From: Cytophagales bacterium
Lineage (GTDB): Bacteria > Bacteroidota > Bacteroidia > Cytophagales > UBA9547
NCBI GenBank assembly: GCA_003476475.1
Contig: DMUD01000067.1
Location: 1-24,485, forward strand
Direction: 5' to 3'
Length of the DNA stretch: 24,485 nt
Under the pieces are notes generated by a model. The model ran no database searches. It worked only from the letters and a program-made list of their open reading frames with translations, and had not been told where the DNA came from. Of the stretch, positions 17,569 through 24,485 are shown in pieces. Each line of letters opens with the position of its first letter. Positions within the stretch are counted from its first letter, which is position 1. The translations under genes were made by a program, and so were the position numbers.

Positions 17569-18354
17569 TTAATCCCCATCAAACAAATTACCTATTCCTC
17601 CCAACAAACTTCCTTCTTCTCGACGCGAACCAATGCCATACTGCAACATTCGTCCTGCCAAGCGACTTATTGGCAAAGATTGTACCCATACTTTTCCAGG
17701 CCCTTGAAGCAAGGCAAAAAACACGCCTTCGCCTCCGAATAGGGTATTTTTTATTCCTCCTACAAACTGCACGTCGTAATGTACATGCTGGGTAAATGCC
17801 ACAATACAGCCTGTATCTATCTTTAGCACCTCGCCCGCCTGCAACTCCTTTTCTACCACCATTCCTCCGGCGTGTACAAAGGCAAGTCCGTCGCCCTCCA
17901 GTTTTTCCATAATGAACCCTTCGCCACCAAAAAGCCCCGTGGTCAATTTCTTCTGAAACTCGATGCCTATGCTGACGCCTTTGGCAGCACAAAGAAATGC
18001 ATCTTTCTGGCAAATGAGTTTTCCACCCAGTTGCAACAAATCCATTGGAATGATACGGCCTGGATAGGGTGCGGCAAACGTCACTTTTTTCTTACCATGC
18101 CCGGCATTGGTGAATCCAGTCATGAATAGATTTTCACCCGTAAGCAACCGTTTGCCTGCCGAAAACAACTTACCCAATAAACCACTTTGCTGCGTGCTAC
18201 CGTCGCCAAAAATGGTTTGCATTTGGATGTCTTGTTCCATCATCATAAAACTACCCGGTTCGGCCATGACAGTCTCTTGCGGATCTAGCTCTATTTCGAC
18301 GCATTGCATTTCGTGGCCGTAAATGCAATAATCGATTTCGTGGTTTTGTCTCAT
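17569..18354 (-). CDS. TIGR00266 / AIM24-family protein
   Basis: IYGHEMQCVEIELDPQETV, GKRLLTGENLF, CQKDAFL, GLFGGEG and GPGKVWVQSLP. Confidence 0.9.
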   Translation of the reverse strand: MRQNHEIDYCIYGHEMQCVEIELDPQETVMAEPGSFMMMEQDIQMQTIFGDGSTQQSGLLGKLFSAGKRLLTGENLFMTGFTNAGHGKKKVTFAAPYPGRIIPMDLLQLGGKLICQKDAFLCAAKGVSIGIEFQKKLTTGLFGGEGFIMEKLEGDGLAFVHAGGMVVEKELQAGEVLKIDTGCIVAFTQHVHYDVQFVGGIKNTLFGGEGVFFALLQGPGKVWVQSLPISRLAGRMLQYGIGSRREEGSLLGGIGNLFDGD

Positions 18355-18375
18355 GTCTTTTGGTTATTAGATTTT

Positions 18376-18383
18376 CAAAATTA
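18376..18383 (-). promoter_or_regulatory. -7 element TAATTTTG, internal promoter for the TIGR00266 and porin genes
   Basis: Exact TAnnTTTG match in the 42-bp spacer after obgE. Confidence 0.5.
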
Positions 18384-18396
18384 CAAAGGGTGGTGG

Positions 18397-19392
18397 TTAT
18401 TCCGCGTTCAGGGCTTGCCAAATCATGTCTTTCAGATGTTCGATACCCTGGTTGGCAACAGCCGAAATGAACACATAGGGAATGTCTTTCGGTATTTTTT
18501 TCTCAAGTTTCTTCAAAGCCGAAGCATCAACTATATCTGTTTTAGAAATGGCGAGCAATCGTTTTTTATGCAACAATTCGGGATTGTATTGCTGCAATTC
18601 GCCTAGTAAGATTTTATATTCTTTTTGGATGTTTTCGCTGCTTGCGGGTATTAAAAACAACAAAATCGAGTTTCGTTCTATATGGCGCAAAAAACGGATG
18701 CCAAGCCCTTTACCTTCGGCGGCGCCTTCTATAATACCGGGTATGTCGGCCATCACAAAAGACTTGTAGCCTTTGTAGGAAACCACGCCCAGGTTGGGCA
18801 CCAGTGTGGTAAAAGGGTAATCGGCTATTTCGGGCTTGGCCGCCGACACTACCGAAAGCAAGGTAGATTTGCCTGCATTGGGAAAGCCCACCAAGCCCAC
18901 ATCGGCCAAAAGTTTCAGTTCCAAAACCAACCATTCTTCCACACCGGGCTCGCCAGGCTGGGCATAGTGGGGTGCTTGTTGTATCGAATTTTTAAAATGG
19001 TTGTTGCCCAAGCCACCTCGTCCCCCTTTGGCGGCTATTACTTCCTGACCGTGTTCGGTAATTTCTGCTCTTATTTCGCCCGTTTCGGGGTCTCGCAATA
19101 CGGTGCCCAATGGCACTTCCAAAATCTCGTCTTTTCCTTGGCGACCCGTCTGGTTGTTTTCGCCTCCTTTTTTGCCTGGTTCGGCAATCACATGCTTGCG
19201 ATATTTAAGGTGCAGCAGTGTCCATAGTTGTGAGTTGCCCCGCAAAATGATGTGGCCTCCACGACCCCCATCGCCACCGTCGGGCCCACCGTTGGGAAAA
19301 CCTTTGGCACGAAAAAAATGAAGGCTACCCGCCCCCCCTGCTCCCGAACGGAAACATATTTTAACAAAATCGATGAAATTGGAATTGGCCAT
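18397..19392 (-). CDS. obgE: GTPase ObgE/CgtA
   Basis: Gly-rich Obg domain ([12 protein letters not shown]), [21 protein letters not shown] and ISAV. Confidence 0.97.
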   Translation of the reverse strand: MANSNFIDFVKICFRSGAGGAGSLHFFRAKGFPNGGPDGGDGGRGGHIILRGNSQLWTLLHLKYRKHVIAEPGKKGGENNQTGRQGKDEILEVPLGTVLRDPETGEIRAEITEHGQEVIAAKGGRGGLGNNHFKNSIQQAPHYAQPGEPGVEEWLVLELKLLADVGLVGFPNAGKSTLLSVVSAAKPEIADYPFTTLVPNLGVVSYKGYKSFVMADIPGIIEGAAEGKGLGIRFLRHIERNSILLFLIPASSENIQKEYKILLGELQQYNPELLHKKRLLAISKTDIVDASALKKLEKKIPKDIPYVFISAVANQGIEHLKDMIWQALNAE

Positions 19393-19412
19393 TTTGAAAG
19401 TTAAAGTATCGA

Positions 19413-19437
19413 CAATCGCTTGGCATACAAACGATTG
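19413..19437. other. Intergenic stem-loop between purM and obgE
   Basis: CAATCG-C-TTG-GCATA-CAA-A-CGATTG forms a 9-bp interrupted stem. There is no clean U tract, so terminator versus stabiliser is unresolved. Confidence 0.45.
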
Positions 19438-19453
19438 CGGACATGTGAGTGGG

Positions 19454-20638
19454 TTAATATTCCCAAGAACCCAATTTGGTTTTTATTGTCAATTTTTTCT
19501 TGTCGGAAGGTTCGACATTGCCAATAATTTGAGCCTCAATCCCAAATTTTTCGGAAATCTTAATCATTTCTTGAGCAGAATCGCCGTCGGTGTATATTTC
19601 CAGGCGGTGTCCCATGTTGAAAACCCGATACATTTCTTTCCAATCGGTGCCGCTTTCTTTTTGAATGAGTTCAAAAAGAGGGGGTGTGTCGAAAAGATTG
19701 TCTTTGACCACGTGCACATTGTCTGCAAAATGCAACACTTTGGTTTGGCCGCCACCGCTGCAATGCACCATGCCCCCTATTTTGGCTCTAAAATTTTCAA
19801 GTATTTCTTTTGCCAAAGGGGCATAAGTACGGGTAGGCGATAGAACGAGTTTGCCAGCATTGGTCGACAGTTGACGATTGACAGCTGACGGTGTAGGAAT
19901 TTTGTCGGTCAAAAGTTTGGAGCCTGAATACACCAACTCTTTGGGAACACTTGGGTCAAAACTTTCGGGGTATTTTTCGGCCAATATTTTGGAAAAAACA
20001 TCGTGCCTTGCCGAAGTAAGGCCGTTGCTGCCCATGCCACCATTGTACTCTTTTTCATATATTGATTGTCCAAAAGAGGCAAAACCCACTATGACGTTGC
20101 CTGCTTTTATCCCCTCATTTTTAATGATGTCGCTTCTGCGCATACGTGCCGTGACCGTGCTATCTACAATAATGGTTCGCACCAAATCGCCCACATCGGC
20201 GGTTTCGCCACCCGTGCTGTAAATGCCTATGCCATGGCTTCTTAGCATCTCCAACACTTCTTCGGTACCTTCAATAATGGCTTTGATAACCTCGGCCGGT
20301 ATTAGGTTTTTGTTGCGGCCAATGGTGGATGAAAGCAAGATATTGTCGGTAACTCCTACACATAGCAAGTCGTCGGTATTCATCACAATGGCGTCTTGGG
20401 CAATTCCTTTCCACACCGAAAGGTCGCCTGTTTCGCGCCAGTACAAATAAGCCAAAGAAGACTTGGTGCCTGCCCCGTCGGCATGCATAATGTTGCACCA
20501 GGCGGCATCCCCGCCCAAAATATCGGGGATTACCTTGCAAAATGCCTTTGGAAAAAGGCCTTTGTCCACTTGGGCAATGGCCTTGTGTACATCTTCTTTT
20601 TGGGAGGAAACTCCTCTTAGGGCGTAACGGTCTATCAT
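19454..20638 (-). CDS. purM: Phosphoribosylformylglycinamidine cyclo-ligase (AIR synthase), Bacteroidota type
   Basis: [52 protein letters not shown] and FNMGHR. Confidence 0.93.
   Translation of the reverse strand: MIDRYALRGVSSQKEDVHKAIAQVDKGLFPKAFCKVIPDILGGDAAWCNIMHADGAGTKSSLAYLYWRETGDLSVWKGIAQDAIVMNTDDLLCVGVTDNILLSSTIGRNKNLIPAEVIKAIIEGTEEVLEMLRSHGIGIYSTGGETADVGDLVRTIIVDSTVTARMRRSDIIKNEGIKAGNVIVGFASFGQSIYEKEYNGGMGSNGLTSARHDVFSKILAEKYPESFDPSVPKELVYSGSKLLTDKIPTPSAVNRQLSTNAGKLVLSPTRTYAPLAKEILENFRAKIGGMVHCSGGGQTKVLHFADNVHVVKDNLFDTPPLFELIQKESGTDWKEMYRVFNMGHRLEIYTDGDSAQEMIKISEKFGIEAQIIGNVEPSDKKKLTIKTKLGSWEY
19865..19892 (+). repeat. Four tandem heptamers inside purM
   Basis: CGACAGT TGACGAT TGACAGC TGACGGT, with a shared GAC core at period 7; encodes about [10 protein letters not shown] on the minus strand. 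Confidence 0.75.
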
Positions 20639-20648
20639 TTGGTTTGCA

Positions 20649-20701
20649 TTGTGAGTTGTACGTTTCGGGGATATTCATCGCCCACAACGCACAACCCGTC
20701 A
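20649..20701. repeat. Palindromic element built from heptamers in the hslU-purM spacer
   Basis: Left arm TTGTGAG TTGTACG; right arm read on the minus strand is TGACGGG TTGTGCG TTGTGGG. 10 of 11 bp pair (20649-20659 with 20684-20694), and there is an inner GGG-GAT/ATC-G-CCC stem. Confidence 0.7.
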
Positions 20702-20702
20702 C

Positions 20703-22100
20703 TTATAAAATATATCTGCTCAAATCTTTGTCTTTTACCAGTCCGCCAAGGCGTTCTTGCACCATTGTTTTGGTTACTGTTATTTTGTCGCCCTCAGGTC
20801 GGTTTTCAGGTATTTGGTATAAAAACTCGTTTAGCAACTGGCTTACCACTGTTTGCAACCTACGGGCTCCTATGTTTTCAATTTCGGCATTTACATTAAA
20901 AGCAATTTCAGCCATTTCGTGCAATGCCTCGTCTTCAAATTCCAATTTCACTCCCTCTGTCTCAAAAAGGGACTCATATTGTTTGGTAAGTGAGTTTTTG
21001 GGTGTTTTTAGGATTTGGTAAAAATTCTCTTTCGTCAGTTTTTCCAATTCTACGCGTATAGGAAAACGACCTTGAAGTTCGGGAATAAGGTCGGAAGGCT
21101 TGGAGAAATGGAAAGCACCTGCTGCAATGAACAAAATATGGTCGGTATTCACCACGCCGTATTTTGTGTTCACCGATGAACCTTCTACGATGGGCAACAA
21201 ATCGCGCTGTACCCCTTCGCGGCTTACATCGGCACCACCGCCAGCCTTGTTCGAACGGGCAATTTTGTCTATTTCGTCTATGAAAATGATGCCCAAGTTT
21301 TCGGTTTTCCACACGGCTTCTTCCTTTACCTCGTCCATGTCGATGAGCTTGGTGCTTTCTTCTTCCAACAAAATTTTGCGCGCTTCTTCAATGGTTACCT
21401 TGCGTTTGCGCTTGTTTTGGGGCAGCATGCCCGAAATCATTTCCTGAATGTTCATCATGGAGCTTTCGTCCATGGGGCTTGGGCCTATCACGCCCACATT
21501 GGCAGAGGGGCTTTGGGGTACATTGATTTCTATTTTTCTTTGTTCAAGCTCTCCATTGCGCAACTTTTCCCTGAAGCGTTCACGGGTTTTGTTGTTCAAT
21601 TCTACATCTTCCTCGTTCTGTTCGTTCGACATGCCAAAGGTGATGGCCGATTGCTTGGCAGGCTGCTTGATGGGTGGAATGAGCGATTCGAGGATAATGT
21701 CTTCGATAATGAGCAATGCCTTTTCTTTCACTTCTTCCTTTTTCTTTTTCTTCACCATGTTCACGGCCTGCATGGTCAAGTCGCGCACCATACTTTCCAC
21801 ATCGCGGCCCACATAGCCCACTTCCGTAAATTTAGAGGCTTCCACTTTGGTAAAAGGCGCATCGGCTAGTTTCGCCAGTCGGCGGGCAATTTCTGTCTTT
21901 CCCACTCCCGTAGCCCCTATCATCAAAATATTGTTGGGTACAATTTCCTTGCGCATGTCTTCGGCAGCGTTCATTCGGCGCCAGCGGTTGCGCAGGGCTA
22001 TGGCCACGTTTTTTTTTGCCTCATGCTGACCGATGATGTATTTGTCCAATTCAGCAACAATTTCTTGGGGTGTAAGGTGTTGGGCAATCTTTTCTACCAT
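20703..22100 (-). CDS. hslU: ATP-dependent protease ATPase subunit HslU
   Basis: LTPQEIVAELDKYIIGQ, GATGVGKT, ASKFTEVGYVG, FIDEIDK, GVQRDLLP, LQGRFPIR and NIGARRL. Confidence 0.97.
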   Translation of the reverse strand: MVEKIAQHLTPQEIVAELDKYIIGQHEAKKNVAIALRNRWRRMNAAEDMRKEIVPNNILMIGATGVGKTEIARRLAKLADAPFTKVEASKFTEVGYVGRDVESMVRDLTMQAVNMVKKKKKEEVKEKALLIIEDIILESLIPPIKQPAKQSAITFGMSNEQNEEDVELNNKTRERFREKLRNGELEQRKIEINVPQSPSANVGVIGPSPMDESSMMNIQEMISGMLPQNKRKRKVTIEEARKILLEEESTKLIDMDEVKEEAVWKTENLGIIFIDEIDKIARSNKAGGGADVSREGVQRDLLPIVEGSSVNTKYGVVNTDHILFIAAGAFHFSKPSDLIPELQGRFPIRVELEKLTKENFYQILKTPKNSLTKQYESLFETEGVKLEFEDEALHEMAEIAFNVNAEIENIGARRLQTVVSQLLNEFLYQIPENRPEGDKITVTKTMVQERLGGLVKDKDLSRYIL

Positions 22101-23149
22101 TATTTTTGTTGTTTTTCGCTTTTGAATCCTGTTCCCATGTCCACATTTAGTGTAAAAACATTCATGCCACCAGCCCTGTGCACAATGGTGTGGGCATAAC
22201 TAGCCTGAAAACGGTCCCAGCGCACTGTACCACCCAAGCTAAGGCCTGCCGAACTGATGGCATCGGTTAGGCTCAACTCGCGGCTCATCATATAGTTGTA
22301 ACCCAACTGAAAGTGCAAAAACTTAGCGGGCGTAACTTCCGTGGCCAATATCATGTGGCGAAACAGTCGTTCCCAGTTGTTTATCGTTTTGGGAGTTGAG
22401 TTGCCATTGTTGTCCACCTTAGTCGAAAAGTCAGGATCGTTGTAGGCTATATCCCAACGGTTTAGGGTGTGAGTAGTAAGAGAAAGACGCACGGGTGCAT
22501 GCTCGAATTTGTAGGAAACGCCCATTTGTACATTGAAGGGCAAACTATCTGTCGAAGTGTTGGTGTAGCTTTTATACACTCGCCCAAGGTTTTTTACGGC
22601 TATGCCAAAAGTAAAAGGATGTTCAGGATGAGTAAACAAGACACCGGCGTCTATGGCCCAAGCATGGGCTCGGTACGAAGCCAGTTCTGAACCCAAAAAT
22701 TTAGCATTTGCTCCCAGCGTAATCGTACCTATGGTATAACTCTTGCCCAAAGTGATGGCATAATCGTTTGACCTGAATGTACCTAAAAAGGTGGCATCTT
22801 CCGCACGCTCGTCCAAAGTACCATAGTTCAAGTATTTGAAACCTAACGCAATAGGGCCTATTTTTCCCACTTCGGCCGCCGCAACCAATGAATACATTTT
22901 CACGTTTTCCAAATAGGGCATATAACTTAGTGAGGCTACTTTGTGCATTTCGTCATGGAGCAAAGCAGGATTGGCCAAAAACATAGCGGGGTCTTTGCTT
23001 TTTACCGACACATTTTGCCCACCCCAGGCCGCCAATTCGGCGTTGGCCGGAACGTTCAAAAATTCGAACATCGCACGACCACCAGTCACTTGGGCATACA
23101 GGGAAAGGGTAAATAAAAATGCCGTGGCAAAGGCAATATTTCTCATCAA
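22100..23149 (-). CDS. porQ: Type IX secretion system outer-membrane protein PorQ
   Basis: Signal peptide, GG..FEFLN.P..A..AAWGG, NPALL, YLNYG, GITLGANAK and DIAYNDP; FadL-like barrel ending with NVDMG. Start may be 23146. Confidence 0.8.
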   Translation of the reverse strand: MMRNIAFATAFLFTLSLYAQVTGGRAMFEFLNVPANAELAAWGGQNVSVKSKDPAMFLANPALLHDEMHKVASLSYMPYLENVKMYSLVAAAEVGKIGPIALGFKYLNYGTLDERAEDATFLGTFRSNDYAITLGKSYTIGTITLGANAKFLGSELASYRAHAWAIDAGVLFTHPEHPFTFGIAVKNLGRVYKSYTNTSTDSLPFNVQMGVSYKFEHAPVRLSLTTHTLNRWDIAYNDPDFSTKVDNNGNSTPKTINNWERLFRHMILATEVTPAKFLHFQLGYNYMMSRELSLTDAISSAGLSLGGTVRWDRFQASYAHTIVHRAGGMNVFTLNVDMGTGFKSEKQQK

Positions 23150-23297
23150 AGAAGGAGTCTGTTCGAAATGAACGTGTGAAGTTAAGGCTTTTGTATTTTT
23201 CAGGTCGAAAAATCTATAATTTATGTTTTAACAAATTCACAAAAAACTTCCATCTTTCCTTCTTCAATATCCCTTTACACTCGTATTTCTACCCATT

Positions 23298-23735
23298 ATG
23301 TTCGAACTATTCGAATCGAAAAAAACCAAACAAATCCAAAAACACCTTCGCAACATGGTCATTTTGGGTGCTAGCGACGGCCAATTGCAACAAACCGAAA
23401 AAGAAATTCTTTTGAAAATTGGGACACGACACGGTTTGAAAAAATCTGCCATAGAAAAAATCATGGCAAATCCGGGGCACAAGCACCTGCCTTTGGGTAA
23501 AAACAACGAAGAACGATTTCAACAAGTGTATGATATGGTGGAAATGACGCTTTCTGATGGCATTGCCCACGAAACCGAATTGCATTTTTGTGTAGAAATG
23601 GCCGAAAAACTAGGTTTTCAAAAATCGGTAGTAGGCCTTCTTATCCGCAAAATCTCGTTGAGTATTATAGAAGGCACAGACAAGGAAACGATTAAAAAAG
23701 AAGTCATTGCCTTATTGCCTTCATTCGCTTTGTAA
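23298..23735 (+). CDS. TerB / DjlA-N-like small helical protein
   Basis: LGASDGQLQQTEKEIL and MTLSDGIAHETELHFC..MAEKLGF, a duplicated (A/S)DG...E motif typical of the TerB-like fold. Confidence 0.75.
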   Translation: MFELFESKKTKQIQKHLRNMVILGASDGQLQQTEKEILLKIGTRHGLKKSAIEKIMANPGHKHLPLGKNNEERFQQVYDMVEMTLSDGIAHETELHFCVEMAEKLGFQKSVVGLLIRKISLSIIEGTDKETIKKEVIALLPSFAL

Positions 23736-23757
23736 AATAAAAGATATTGAGTAGCTC

Positions 23758-24485
23758 ATGAAACGATTGATATTGTATGTGGTTTTGCAGATTTCAGCCT
23801 TGTGTGGCAAAGGGCAACTGCCTGTATATTCCCTTTACCATACCAATCCATTGCCCGTAAACCCGGCCTTGACAGGTTCGGCACACCAACTCCGCTCTGG
23901 TCTCAATTTCCGCAACCAATGGTCGAACTCCCCCAACCCTATTGTGGGCTATTCTGCTTTTATCGACCATTTTATTGCCCCCATTCGCGCGGGTATTGGT
24001 GCTTCGGTCTATTCCGATGTGTCGGGAAACACCAATTTTCGTTCCACCCAAATTGGGCTGTACTACGCGCATACGGTCAAACTAACCAAAAAAACTTATC
24101 TAAAAGCAGGCATACAACCTGCCTTCGGAATGGTGGGGTATAGTGGCCATAATTTGCTCTTCAACGACCAGCTTTCCTCTACTGGCAATACCGGCAACGC
24201 CACCAGCGAAACATTGCCCTTGGGCAACACTGTGTCTTATTTCAACTTAAATTCTGGTCTTTTGCTCACTGTCAACCAATTTTGGCTGGGTGCTACTGCC
24301 TACAACCTCCTGAACCCAAAAGCGGGCATTTCAAACGAGAGCAAACTGCCAACAGGGTTTGGCGTACAAACTGGGGTAAAAATAGATTTTATGGCCAACC
24401 AAATAAGCCGAAAAGAAAAACAAGAACGCTTTCTGATGCCGCATTTGTATTTTTCAAGCGTGGGACATAGCCAGCAGCTATATGC
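23758..24485 (+). CDS. PorP/SprF-family type IX secretion membrane protein (partial, runs off the window; absent from the ORF track)
   Basis: Manual translation from ATG 23758 has no stop: MKRLILYVVLQISALCGKGQLPVYSLYHTNPLPVNPALTG...NFRNQW...GIG...FNDQL...FWLGATAYNLLNP. Confidence 0.88.
   Translation, partial: MKRLILYVVLQISALCGKGQLPVYSLYHTNPLPVNPALTGSAHQLRSGLNFRNQWSNSPNPIVGYSAFIDHFIAPIRAGIGASVYSDVSGNTNFRSTQIGLYYAHTVKLTKKTYLKAGIQPAFGMVGYSGHNLLFNDQLSSTGNTGNATSETLPLGNTVSYFNLNSGLLLTVNQFWLGATAYNLLNPKAGISNESKLPTGFGVQTGVKIDFMANQISRKEKQERFLMPHLYFSSVGHSQQLY

Noticed and set aside
23298-23735. TerB-like gene as a sign of a tellurite-resistance or defence island
   Set aside because: It is a single gene with no other ter genes, no mobility genes and no evident compositional shift.
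23794-24470. ORFs 23802-24143 (+), 23794-24072 (-) and 24282-24470 (+)
   Set aside because: These are alternative frames of the PorP/SprF gene that starts at 23758 and runs off the window.
1-24485. CRISPR arrays, IS elements, prophage genes, tRNA or rRNA
   Set aside because: No repeat-spacer pattern, transposase or integrase motif, or structural RNA signature was seen; intergenic spaces are all under about 230 bp.

Overview
A 24.5 kb chromosomal window from a Bacteroidota bacterium, probably Cytophagales-like. This is inferred from the PorQ and PorP/SprF type IX secretion genes, the Bacteroidota-type PurM, TAnnTTTG -7 promoter motifs and the lack of Shine-Dalgarno sequences. It is mostly housekeeping genes (mfd, ilvA, obgE, purM, hslU, an ABC-F protein, ispH). 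It also holds a four-gene carotenoid/redox cluster (rhodanese-thioredoxin lipoprotein, lycopene cyclase, ispH, crtZ) and an ABC-HlyD-TolC export operon with a divergent TetR gene. No transposase, integrase, rRNA, tRNA or CRISPR array was seen. The most unusual signals are: (1) the TetR gene is split by a single in-frame TAG; (2) the operon's only ABC subunit has a degenerate nucleotide-binding domain and no cargo gene is visible; (3) a family of 7-nt tandem repeats appears as an in-frame patch inside purM, as a hairpin filling the hslU-purM spacer, and possibly in the ABC-F linker; (4) a canonical A_AAA_AAG -1 slippery site sits exactly at the HlyD/TolC junction. All calls come from motif recognition by eye; no database searches were run.
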